Source: an uncultured Gemmatimonadaceae bacterium (GTDB lineage Bacteria > Gemmatimonadota > Gemmatimonadetes > Gemmatimonadales > Gemmatimonadaceae). Taken from it: a stretch of DNA of 64,000 nucleotides. Below the pieces are notes generated by a model, which saw only the letters and a list, made by a program, of their open reading frames with translations, was not told the DNA's origin and searched no databases. The stretch is taken from the NCBI GenBank assembly GCA_963829055.1, contig CAWHHI010000004.1:96001-160000 (forward strand), written 5' to 3'. The translations under genes and the position numbers were made by a program. Below, in pieces: positions 55,406 through 64,000 of this stretch (within the stretch, counting starts at the first letter, position 1; each line of letters begins with the position of its first letter).

Positions 55406-55888
55406 TCAGATCCCGAGTCCGAGATTCAGGTAGTACCGCGTCCGGCGATCGTTCTCGAAACCCGCCACCGGTCGATACACGCCGAGACCCGCGTTCACGA
55501 GAAAGAACGACGCCCTGAACTCGCCGCCCACGAGTGTCTGGCCCGACTCCAGCTGGGCCGGCGATCCCCACGTGCGCATGGCGGAGCCGAGTAGCTCGAT
55601 CCCTGACGCGAACGGTCCCGCGAAGAGATAGCCAGCACTCATGCGCGTACCGCCCAGCGCCACCTCGGCGATCGCCAATGGGCCAGCGAACGGCAACGGT
55701 CCCGTCGGCTGACCGTAGGCGACGCCGAGCGCGAAGCCGGCCCGCAGGGGAGGGCCGAATCGAAACCCCGGGAGCAACTCCGCACGCCGTTGTGCGAAAG
55801 CGCTTTGCGGAATGCCGGCTTCGACCATCACGATGAGGACAGCAATGCCCCGCCACATCCATCGTGATCTCGATCGCCGCACTCGCAT
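55406..55888 (-). CDS. Hypothetical exported protein, possible small beta-barrel
   Basis: Signal-like MWRGIAVLIV...AFAQ, alternating strands and C-terminal YYLNLGLGI; the start may be near 55858. Confidence 0.55.
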   Translation of the reverse strand: MRVRRSRSRWMWRGIAVLIVMVEAGIPQSAFAQRRAELLPGFRFGPPLRAGFALGVAYGQPTGPLPFAGPLAIAEVALGGTRMSAGYLFAGPFASGIELLGSAMRTWGSPAQLESGQTLVGGEFRASFFLVNAGLGVYRPVAGFENDRRTRYYLNLGLGI

Positions 55889-55985
55889 CTCCGCTGGTTC
55901 CGGGTTTCACCTCCCCCGCGAAAGTCGCGGGCGAGGCTGGCAGGGGCAAGGCGTGCGCCAACCCCGGATGCCGTGTTCTACCCTA

Positions 55986-56323
55986 TGGAGCCGCCGCGGC
56001 AGGACGCTGCTCGAGCTCATCGTCGCCCACGCGCTGCTCGGCTCATTCTGGCGATCGCGGCTCCGCCGTTCCTCGTCCCAGCTCAGAAGCAGAAGACGTT
56101 CGTCGGCGCGCCCAAGACGCTGCCAATGTCCCGATCGACATCCACGTTCGCGGCGGCGTCATGCACAACGATCACGCAGGGCCTGGCGAACGCGTTAGGC
56201 GACTTCCACGCCGACATCATCGCCGGTACGCAGACCACGAACGTGAGGGTGCTCGTGATCTCGGAGTTCCGCCGCGACGTCCGCGAGAACTCGGCGCGCG
56301 CGTGGCGACGTTCCGAGGAGTAA
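55986..56323 (+). pseudogene. Degenerate prepilin-like gene
   Basis: RRGRTLLELIVAHALLG joins LILAIAAP after one indel, resembling the RRGFTLxEL prepilin motif. Confidence 0.3.
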
Positions 56324-56545
56324 CCAAGTAGGCCGCTGGGTGCTTCTTGCTGCGTGCGCTGCGACTTGCTGCTTGCACGTCGCTCGGGCTCCGCGCGGCG
56401 CGCTGCGACCAGCGGCTGCGTTCAGCGTGCTCGCTGCGCGCAACATGCAGTTACACGCAGAACCAGGCCGCTGTTACGATGACTTCACTGAGCGGTCCCT
56501 CGCTGTCGCTGCAAGAGCAAGTCCCCGGTCCCGCCACGAGCCGCG

Positions 56546-57139
56546 TTAGGGATTTACAACGACAGACCCACTCATTCCCGGGTGCAGCGAGCAGTCGAAC
56601 GGGAATGTCCCCGCCGTCGTGAACGCGCGCGTGACCGACTGCGCCGACGTCGTCGGGATATCCGCCGGTTTTCCCGTGCGGGCCGCGAAGACCACGCTGT
56701 GCTGATCCGCGGGGAAATCGAACAGGATCGACTGGCCGACCTTGATCGTGAGCAGCGACGGCGTGAACGTGTTCCCCGGCATCGTCACGACGGCCGCGAC
56801 CGACCCTGCGGTCACGGTGAACGGGAATGGCGAAGATGTGATGCCCCCCAATGTCGCCGTGAGGGTCGCCGAGCCGGCCGAAAGGCCGATCACCCGCCCC
56901 GTCGAGTTCACATTGAGCACCGTCGTCGGGGTGCTGGCGTAGGTGATCTTTGCGCCCGCGATCGTCAGGCCGTTCACGTCGCGCGCGGTTGTCGTGAGCT
57001 GTACCGGTTCACCGACCGCGATCGTCTGCTTGGGCGCAGTGATGATGACCGAGCCGACCGAGGGCGCGTCGAGCGCACCATCGCCGCCGCAGGCCGACAG
57101 AGCGATCAACGCCGTCGCCAGGGTTGCTGCCACTCTCAT
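56546..57139 (-). CDS. Lipoprotein with Ig-like and plastocyanin/cupredoxin domains
   Basis: Lipobox LSAC, Big_2-like domain, type-1 Cu ligands QHSV...CSLHPGM. Confidence 0.85.
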   Translation of the reverse strand: MRVAATLATALIALSACGGDGALDAPSVGSVIITAPKQTIAVGEPVQLTTTARDVNGLTIAGAKITYASTPTTVLNVNSTGRVIGLSAGSATLTATLGGITSSPFPFTVTAGSVAAVVTMPGNTFTPSLLTIKVGQSILFDFPADQHSVVFAARTGKPADIPTTSAQSVTRAFTTAGTFPFDCSLHPGMSGSVVVNP

Positions 57140-57414
57140 GAAATCCTCTCGTACTTGCTTCGCGTGGTCCGGCTGACTTCTGCGCCGACGATCGCCGCAG
57201 TCCCCCACATTGTACGCCGGTGCACAACCGCTCGCTACGTCCGTGGACCTTCGCCCATCCACCATTCGTACCACCCACCGTTCTCTCAGAGTCGGGATGC
57301 GTAGGCTCGCGCCAATGACTGTGATTGCGATCACAAACGGCCGAGTCGCGCTGCAGCCGACCGTGCAGTTTCCGTTCGGCGCTGACGACAACTCGGTGTC
57401 GTACGGCCTCGTAG

Positions 57415-57972
57415 TCAGCCTCGGCTTCGGTCTGAAACGGTAGGCGGCGTCAGTGCCGCCAGGAGCGCATCCGGATCCTCCACCCTGATCCCGATGCGTG
57501 CATAACGCTTGTGAATTCCGAATGAGAGTCGAGCGTCGACTGGTTCCTCGAGCACGATCATCACGTTCGGCTCGAGCGGTTTCGCCGTGTTGAGGTAATC
57601 CGGCGGCGGTAGATCCGGAACCGATCGCCACGTCGCCGGTTCGGACGTCGCAATGGACGCACGCGCGAACCGACTCCGCAATCGATTTCCGATCACGATC
57701 TCGACGTCGCGTTCGCCGACCGAGATCCGCGAGTGTGCGCCCGCTCGGACTTCGCGCCATAGCCAGACGAGCGTCGCCACGTTCAGCGCCGTGATCGCCC
57801 ACGCCCATGGCTCGCTCCGCGACGCGACCCACAGGTGCAGCACGGCGCCTTCGATCACGAGGACGCCGCCAAAGCCGGCAGCGACGGCTCCCGGCAGCCC
57901 GCCCTCGAGCGAGAACGTGCGCTCGGCGTGAACGGCGTCGGTCGCCTGTCCAGTCTGTCCTGTGGACGTCAT
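57415..57972 (-). CDS. Hypothetical membrane protein
   Basis: Two TM segments followed by a beta-rich (PH-like) soluble part. Confidence 0.7.
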   Translation of the reverse strand: MTSTGQTGQATDAVHAERTFSLEGGLPGAVAAGFGGVLVIEGAVLHLWVASRSEPWAWAITALNVATLVWLWREVRAGAHSRISVGERDVEIVIGNRLRSRFARASIATSEPATWRSVPDLPPPDYLNTAKPLEPNVMIVLEEPVDARLSFGIHKRYARIGIRVEDPDALLAALTPPTVSDRSRG

Positions 57973-58073
57973 CGCCGTAACCTACCGGCCGCTGCGGTCG
58001 TGGCGAAAGGCGCACGCCGGGACCATCTTCCGCCGTGACTCACGTGTCGCCCGTACACCCGAGGAGGACTACT

Positions 58074-59711
58074 GTGCACGCGTCCCGTCTCTCCGTGTTC
58101 TGCCTAACGTCAGCTCTCTGCGTGACCACCGCCGCCGCCCAACAGCGCGCCGCGATACCCGCGGCGAAGCTCGACGGCTTCAAGCGCGAAGCCATCGCCG
58201 ACGTCGACGGCAGAGCGAAGTTCACGCAGCAGATGGTCGACCAGATCTTCAGCTTCGGCGAGCTCGGATTCCAGGAAGTCGAAACGTCGAAGTTCCTCGT
58301 GAAGATTCTCCGCGACAACGGCTTCACGGTCGAAGAAGGCGTGGCTGGCATCCCGACCTCGTGGGTCGCGACGTGGGGGTCCGGCAAACCGGTGATCGCC
58401 GTCGGCTCGGACATCGACGGGATTCCGCAGGCGTCTCAGAAACCCGCGGTCGCGTGTCACGCCGCGCTCGTTCCCGGCGCGCCCGGCCACGGTGAAGGCC
58501 ACAACACCGGACAGCCAGTGAACATCACGGCCATCCTCGCCGTGAAGAAGATCATGGAGCGCGAGAAGCTCCCCGGCACGCTCAAGGTCTGGCCCGGAGT
58601 GGCCGAGGAGCAGTTGGGGACGAAGGCGTATCTCGTGCGCGCGGGCGTGTTCAAGGATGTCGACGTCGCGCTGTTCTCGCACGTCGGCGCCAACCTCGGT
58701 ACGGCGTGGGGACCGGGCGGTGGGTCGGGGCTCGTGTCCGTGTTGTACTCGTTCGAGGGGCAGGCAGCACACGCCGCGGGCGCACCGTGGCGCGGCCGCA
58801 GCGCGCTCGACGCTGTGGAGCTCATGGACATTGGCTGGAACTACCGCCGCGAGCACCTGCGACTGCAGCAGCGGTCGCACTATGTGATCCCCGACGGCGG
58901 CGATCAGCCTAACGTCGTCCCGACGACCGCCTCGGTCTGGTACTACTTCCGCGAGCTCACGTACCCGCAGATCAAGACGATGTGGGCCATGGGCGACTCC
59001 GTCGCGCAGGGCGCCGCGCTCATGACCGGCACGCGGCTGGTGGGGGAGCGCGTCCTGGGCTCGGCGTGGCCGCAGCATTTCAATCGTCCGATCGCCGAAG
59101 CGATGTTCGCGAACATCAAGCGCGTCGGGCTGCCGACATGGAGTGACGCGGATCAGACGCTCGCGAAAGCCGTGCAGAAGGAGATGGGCTCGAAGGAAGA
59201 GGGCATGCCGCTGCGCCTCGACAGCACCATCACGCCCGAGCCCGAGGAACGGAACATGGGCGGTGGCTCCGATGACATTGGCGACGTGTCGTGGAACGTG
59301 CCGACCGTGACGCTGCGGTACCCGTCGAACATTCCGGGGTTGCCCGGGCATCACTGGTCGAGCGCGATCGCCTCCGCGACGCCCATCGCGCACAAGGGCG
59401 CAACCGCGGGCGCGAAAGCCATGGCGACGACGATTCTGGACATCATCGCGAAGCCGGCGCTGGTGGACAGCGCGTGGTCCTACTTCCGGAACGTGCAGAC
59501 GAAGGAGACGAAGTACGAGCCGCTCATGCGCCCTAACGAGAAGCCGGCGACGTTCCTCAACGCGGACATCCTCGACCGGTTCCGTCCGCAGATGCGCCGG
59601 TTCTACTACGACCCCACGAAGTACGCGACGTATCTGGAGCAGCTCGGTATCCAGTACCCGACGCTCCGGAAGTCCAAGGAGAAGTGCGAAGACACGCCCA
59701 CCGTGCCGTGA
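58074..59711 (+). CDS. M20 amidohydrolase (AbgB-like), exported
   Basis: GAGGAGG RBS, GHGEGHN, AEEQ, GRSALDAVE, REHL, GGDQPNVVP and GGGSDD. Confidence 0.9.
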   Translation: MHASRLSVFCLTSALCVTTAAAQQRAAIPAAKLDGFKREAIADVDGRAKFTQQMVDQIFSFGELGFQEVETSKFLVKILRDNGFTVEEGVAGIPTSWVATWGSGKPVIAVGSDIDGIPQASQKPAVACHAALVPGAPGHGEGHNTGQPVNITAILAVKKIMEREKLPGTLKVWPGVAEEQLGTKAYLVRAGVFKDVDVALFSHVGANLGTAWGPGGGSGLVSVLYSFEGQAAHAAGAPWRGRSALDAVELMDIGWNYRREHLRLQQRSHYVIPDGGDQPNVVPTTASVWYYFRELTYPQIKTMWAMGDSVAQGAALMTGTRLVGERVLGSAWPQHFNRPIAEAMFANIKRVGLPTWSDADQTLAKAVQKEMGSKEEGMPLRLDSTITPEPEERNMGGGSDDIGDVSWNVPTVTLRYPSNIPGLPGHHWSSAIASATPIAHKGATAGAKAMATTILDIIAKPALVDSAWSYFRNVQTKETKYEPLMRPNEKPATFLNADILDRFRPQMRRFYYDPTKYATYLEQLGIQYPTLRKSKEKCEDTPTVP

Positions 59712-61105
59712 GCACCGCGACGTCGCAGAACTCGACGCCGGAGCTGCTCTACCTCCTGCACGGTGACCCCACCGAGCTCGCCGAAGCGCTCGCCGGGATG
59801 CGGCCGGCGGACATCGCCGAGGCACTCCGTGAGCTCCAGCCGGACGCGGCCGCGAAGGTGATGGCGGCGCTGCCGTTCGATCTCGCGGTGCAGGTGTTCG
59901 ATGAGCCCGAGCTCGAGCGATACCGGTGCGACATCGTGATGCGCATCGATGAGAAGGATGTCGGGCCGCTCATCGATGCCATGTCCGCGGATCAGCAGGC
60001 TGACCTCTTTCGCGAGATCCCGGAGTCAGAGCGGCCGCGGCTTCTCAAGAAGGTCGAGCCGTCGACACGCGAGGCGTTGAAGCTGCTGCTCAAGTACCCG
60101 CCGGACACCGCCGGCGGCATCATGACGACGGAGTTCGTTTCGATTCCAGGGGACTGGACCGTCGACCAGGCGCTCCGGTACATCCGCAAGGTCGCGAACG
60201 CAAAAGAAACCGTCTACGCGATCTACGTGCTCGACCCAACGAGCCGAACGCTCGTGCACGTCGTGTCGCTTCGCGATCTCATGCTGGCCGAGCGTGCGCA
60301 TCCGGTCGCCGAGGTCGGCACTCAGCGTAAACCGATCACGGTGCCGCCGCTTGCCGATCGTGAGGAAGTCGCGCGACTCATCTCGAAATACAATCTCCTC
60401 GCGGTGCCGGTCGTCGATGACGATCAGCGCGTGTTAGGCATCGTGACCGTCGATGACGTCATCGACGCGATCGTCCGCGAGCAGACGGAGGACGTGCAGA
60501 AGTTCGGCGGCCTGGAAGCGCTCGACGAGCCGTACACCGAGATCTCGTTCGGCCGCATGATCCGGAAACGCGGCGGCTGGCTCTGCGCCCTGTTTCTCGG
60601 CGAGATGCTCACGGCCACGGCGATGGGGCACTTCGAGGGCGAGATCGCACGCGCGGTCGTGCTCTCGCTGTTCATCCCGCTCATCATCTCGTCCGGCGGA
60701 AATTCGGGATCGCAGGCGACGTCGCTGATCATTCGCGCGCTCGCGCTGCGCGAGATCACGCTCGGCGACTGGTGGCGGGTCGCCGTGCGAGAGCTTCCCG
60801 CTGGCCTGGCACTCGGCGCGATCCTCGGGGTGATCGGCATCATCCGGATCGTGCTGTGGCAGCAGCTCGGGTGGTACGACTACGGCGCGCACTGGTCGCT
60901 GGTCGCGACGACCGTCGGCGTCGCGCTCGTCGGTGTGGTGACATTTGGATCGCTCGCGGGCTCGATGCTGCCGTTCCTGCTCAAACGCCTTGGCTTCGAT
61001 CCCGCGAGCGCGTCGGCCCCGTTCGTCGCGACGCTGGTGGACGTGACCGGCCTGGTGATCTACTTCTCGGTCGCGTACCTGATGCTCCGCGGCACGTTGC
61101 TCTAG
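59708..61105 (+). CDS. mgtE: Magnesium transporter MgtE
   Basis: DTAGGIMTTE, CBS pair, GIVTVDD, SGGNSGSQ and DPASASAPFVATLVDVTG. Confidence 0.95.
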   Translation: MSTATSQNSTPELLYLLHGDPTELAEALAGMRPADIAEALRELQPDAAAKVMAALPFDLAVQVFDEPELERYRCDIVMRIDEKDVGPLIDAMSADQQADLFREIPESERPRLLKKVEPSTREALKLLLKYPPDTAGGIMTTEFVSIPGDWTVDQALRYIRKVANAKETVYAIYVLDPTSRTLVHVVSLRDLMLAERAHPVAEVGTQRKPITVPPLADREEVARLISKYNLLAVPVVDDDQRVLGIVTVDDVIDAIVREQTEDVQKFGGLEALDEPYTEISFGRMIRKRGGWLCALFLGEMLTATAMGHFEGEIARAVVLSLFIPLIISSGGNSGSQATSLIIRALALREITLGDWWRVAVRELPAGLALGAILGVIGIIRIVLWQQLGWYDYGAHWSLVATTVGVALVGVVTFGSLAGSMLPFLLKRLGFDPASASAPFVATLVDVTGLVIYFSVAYLMLRGTLL

Positions 61106-61129
61106 TCGGCGCAGCGGGTTGCTGAACGC

Positions 61130-61503
61130 CTATTCACCGCCGTGGACGCAGCGGACTGCGTCAGCAACCATCCAGAATCGAGAGTGTGAACGGAAACAGC
61201 CGGAAACATCGGATCGGGCGGATGCGGTGACTAACCGGACAGGCATTGGCGCAACGAGCCGTGATCGACAGGGGATCGGTCCCTGGACGCATTAGCCTTC
61301 ACTAGGCCGGTCCCCTTGTTCAACACGCCGCGCCTCAGCGAACTGTCCGGGTCGCGATCGGATCGGGCCTTTTTCAGTAGCGTTTCGAGGCCGTTTCCGT
61401 TCTCGGATCACTCCGTCGATCCTGGATGTCGTGTCGAAGCAGTCCGCCCGGATGGTCGACTGAAGCAGTCCTCGGCGTCCGCTGCGTCCTCTGCGGTGAA
61501 TAG
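61130..61503. mobile_element. Non-coding MITE-like element (family C)
   Basis: Terminal CTATTCACCGC / GCGGTGAATAG with nested stems; body collinear with the 29067 element. Confidence 0.7.
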
Positions 61504-61611
61504 CCGTTGTAGTTGCGTATGGATGCGTGACACGGAGATGGCCAGAAACGTGCGCACTGCTCTCTATGCGCCCCCGCCCCGAAAATCGAAAGTCAACCGC
61601 ACGGAGGAAGC

Positions 61612-61881
61612 ATGACCACGAGTCGCCAGACTCAGGACCTGAATCATCCCGCGATTCGCGAGCTGGTGAACGCGGCGAACGCGCTGCCAACGGATGACCG
61701 CGTCACGCTGCTCAAGGCGCTGGTCCCCGAGATCGCGCGCGAGTTGACGCCGCAGCAGTTCGAGGGCCTGATGGTCGAGCTGCAACTCAAGGGCGCACGC
61801 TTCTACGATGCGCTGTCACACCCGGGGCAGGGACGCGACGCCCGCCACGTGATTGGCGAACGCGACCATGAAGGTCGTTAG
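61612..61881 (+). CDS. Small hypothetical protein
   Basis: GGAGGA RBS, 89 aa helical protein. Confidence 0.7.
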   Translation: MTTSRQTQDLNHPAIRELVNAANALPTDDRVTLLKALVPEIARELTPQQFEGLMVELQLKGARFYDALSHPGQGRDARHVIGERDHEGR

Positions 61882-62564
61882 GCGGCGCTGTCTCCGACAG
61901 GGCCGGAAATCTGAAATCGGCATCGCGGGCGCGGTCCACGCTCACACCGCTGCGTGACCTCGCTTCCCACGAACTCGCTGACGAGGCTCTCCATCGCGCT
62001 GCACGTCTCGGCGTGATGGATCGCGGCAGCGGCCAGCGGGCAGCCGTGGCTCTTGATGATGAGATCGGCGCCTTCCTCCTCGACCTCGGTCAGTCCGCCC
62101 AGCTGATCGAGTAACGCGCTCGCTCCATTGACGCGCTCACGAAGCGTTCCCCTCGGACGAGCGTGTTCTGCGAGCAGCGCGCGCCCTACGTCCCGCATCA
62201 CGCCGTCGAATTCCGTCTGGGTAAGGCGTGCCGCGAGCACATGCAGCAACTGCGTGAGCACCGGGACGTACGCGCGCGACAGCTGTTGCTCGGCCCCATC
62301 TGTGAGCGCGTAGACGTGCGCCGGCTTGGTACGCCCTCGCTGCACGCCGCGCCATTCCACCTGTCGATCCCGCTCCAGAGCCGCGAGCTGTAGCCGGATG
62401 GCTGTGCGCGTCAGCCCGAGCTCGCCGACGAGCTGATCCAGCGTCTGCGGCCCGCGACGCAGCGCAGTGACGACGCGTGTCCGCGTCTGGTCGCGTACCG
62501 CACCGACGTCTTCGATGGGTCTGTCTGCGTCAGAATCTTCGGGAGTATTCATGCGGAAATTCAT
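61878..62564 (-). CDS. HTH transcriptional regulator, SufR-like (Cys-rich C-terminus)
   Basis: wHTH LGLTRTAIRLQLAALE and GRTKPAHVYALT; C-x12-C-x18-C-x7-C. Confidence 0.85.
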   Translation of the reverse strand: MNFRMNTPEDSDADRPIEDVGAVRDQTRTRVVTALRRGPQTLDQLVGELGLTRTAIRLQLAALERDRQVEWRGVQRGRTKPAHVYALTDGAEQQLSRAYVPVLTQLLHVLAARLTQTEFDGVMRDVGRALLAEHARPRGTLRERVNGASALLDQLGGLTEVEEEGADLIIKSHGCPLAAAAIHHAETCSAMESLVSEFVGSEVTQRCERGPRPRCRFQISGPVGDSAA

Positions 62565-62640
62565 GGGGTCGGCACCGCCCGAAAAGAGCTGGCTTGCGGT
62601 TCCGGATGATGGTCGCCATCATAACAAAAGAAAAAACAGT

Positions 62641-62677
62641 CAAATGTGTCGTTTCTACAATCTAGGGACACACATTG
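62641..62677. promoter_or_regulatory. Imperfect inverted repeat in an AT-rich divergent promoter
   Basis: AATGTGTC...GACACACATT between the regulator and the DUF4142 gene. Confidence 0.35.
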
Positions 62678-62703
62678 CCGTCCACCAGCCAGGAGCACAC
62701 ACC

Positions 62704-63312
62704 ATGTTCAACAGCCGCATCTCCGCCCACGTCAGCCTCATTTCCATCATCGCGATTGCCGCCTGCAGCAAATCCGAGAAGCCTGCCGCGGACTCGGCGG
62801 CGAGTGCTGCCACCACCCCGGCTCCCGACACAGCGAAGCCCGCGGCGGCCGCGGCACCCGCGATCAATGATGCACAGATCGCCCACATCGCCGTCACGGC
62901 CAACGCGATCGACAGTACCGCCGGCGCGCTCGCGAAAAAGAAGGCATCGGCGAAGGCCGTGAAGGATTTCGCTCAGACCATGGTGAGCGATCACGCCGGG
63001 GTGAACAAGCAGGCCGTGGCACTCGCGACGAAGCTCAACGTCACGCCCGAGGACAACGACGTCAGCAAGCAGCTCACGGCTGGCGCCGAACAGAACATCG
63101 CCAACTTGCAGAGCCTCAGTGGCGCGGCATTCGACAAGGCCTACATCGACCACGAGGTCGCTTACCACCAGGCCGTTCTCGACGCGCTCGACAAGACGCT
63201 GATCCCGAGCGCCCAGAACGCCGACCTCAAGGCTTTGCTCGTGAAGGTGCGCCCAGCGTTCGTCGCACACCTCGATCGTGCGAAGAGCATCCAGAGCTCC
63301 CTGGCGAAGTAA
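62704..63312 (+). CDS. DUF4142 (ferritin-like) lipoprotein
   Basis: Lipobox IAAC, VKDFAQTMVSDH, FDKAYIDHEVAYH and AHLDRA. Confidence 0.9.
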   Translation: MFNSRISAHVSLISIIAIAACSKSEKPAADSAASAATTPAPDTAKPAAAAAPAINDAQIAHIAVTANAIDSTAGALAKKKASAKAVKDFAQTMVSDHAGVNKQAVALATKLNVTPEDNDVSKQLTAGAEQNIANLQSLSGAAFDKAYIDHEVAYHQAVLDALDKTLIPSAQNADLKALLVKVRPAFVAHLDRAKSIQSSLAK

Positions 63313-63651
63313 GTGCGGTCAGGAGTTCGGCGGGGTTGGCACGCGGTCGTCGTAGTCGCGAGTCTCGCGAGTGCGACGGCCGGCTGTTCGCGCCCGAGCC
63401 CGCGCTCACACACGATCGTCATGCGCGACTTCGCGTTCACGCCTGCGGAAGTCGATGTCGCGGAGGGCGACACGATCGTCTGGTCGAATGCCGACTTCGT
63501 TCCCCATACCGCAACCGCCCGTGACGCTGCCTGGGACTCCAAAGCCATCGACGGGAGCGCGACGTGGCGGTTCGTGGCCCGGAAACGAGGGCGCCACGAG
63601 TACTACTGTGCGTTCCACCCGACGATGAAGGCAACGCTCGTGGTTCGTTGA
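63313..63651 (+). CDS. Amicyanin/plastocyanin-like blue copper lipoprotein
   Basis: FTPAEVDV, PHTAT and YYCAFHPTM. Confidence 0.88.
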   Translation: MRSGVRRGWHAVVVVASLASATAGCSRPSPRSHTIVMRDFAFTPAEVDVAEGDTIVWSNADFVPHTATARDAAWDSKAIDGSATWRFVARKRGRHEYYCAFHPTMKATLVVR

Positions 63652-63716
63652 TCGACCAGTTCGACTGGCTCGAGGGGCGGCGGCGCTAGGCAGCCGCCGC
63701 CCCTCGTCAGACCGCG

Positions 63717-64000
63717 TCAGGTCGACCGCGGCTCCGGCTTCCGCATCGCGAGGCCAAGGCTCACCAGCGAGATCACCAGCGCGACCCACGGGAGCCACTG
63801 TGTCAGACCGCCGCTCTGCGCCGGTGCTGCCGCAGCAGTGCCGGCGGTAGATGCGGAGGCCGGCGCCGCAGCGATCGTCGTCGCGGAGGCCGGAGACTTC
63901 GAGCCCTCGGGCCCGGTCCACTCGACGCGCTGGCCATCGGCATACGTCTGATACGCCGGCCACTCGAGTCGCGCGTCCGTCTTCGGGTTCACCGCCACGA
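63717..64000 (-). CDS. YcnI/DUF1775 copper-binding membrane protein (C-terminal part; runs off the window)
   Basis: WPAYQTYADGQRVEW...PA, an Ala-rich linker and a C-terminal TM anchor. Confidence 0.75.
   Translation of the reverse strand, partial: VAVNPKTDARLEWPAYQTYADGQRVEWTGPEGSKSPASATTIAAAPASASTAGTAAAAPAQSGGLTQWLPWVALVISLVSLGLAMRKPEPRST

Noticed and set aside
56330..56470. Possible degenerate copy of the 8762 element
   Set aside because: Only short GCTGCGCGCA/CAGCGTGC words are shared and there are no clear ends.
57210..57443. Possible C-terminal remnant of an outer-membrane protein (...SYGLVVSLGFGLKR)
   Set aside because: There is no convincing start or RBS and it overlaps the convergent gene end, so it is too weak to call.
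58110..59825. Long antisense ORFs (also 119-1363, 6365-7768, 23905-25332 and 45391-46794)
   Set aside because: These are Arg/Ala-rich shadows of real genes, as expected in high-GC DNA.

Overview
High-GC bacterial chromosomal DNA. A Gemmatimonadota-like origin is inferred from the PadR/duplicated-ABC-permease pairs and barrel-less TonB-plug proteins; this is not proven. There are about 58 CDS and no rRNA, canonical tRNA, CRISPR array, integrase or transposase. Main loci: a kaiB-kaiC-PAS histidine kinase operon, rtcB, a LytS/LytTR pair, oligoendopeptidase F, an Fpg/Nei glycosylase, ClC and dicarboxylate transporters, rpiB, two padR-ABC permease pairs, a divergent ligD/ku (NHEJ) locus with DUF72 and a UvrD-DEDDh exonuclease, a PaoABC-like molybdoenzyme operon, mgtE and a copper-protein cluster. 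Many genes at about 30-44 kb and 48-56 kb carry single-base frameshifts that look like sequencing or consensus errors. Three signals stand out. (1) A sigma54-type promoter precedes an unannotated tRNA-shaped RNA (4047-4210) with large structured insertions in its anticodon and T loops, directly upstream of the RNA ligase rtcB. (2) The non-palindromic octamer CGTTAGGC/GCCTAACG and its core hexamer recur about once per kb on both strands, inside genes and on many stop codons. (3) Several families of nested, inverted-repeat intergenic elements are present, one of which has an inverted core. All counts are by eye and no searches were run.
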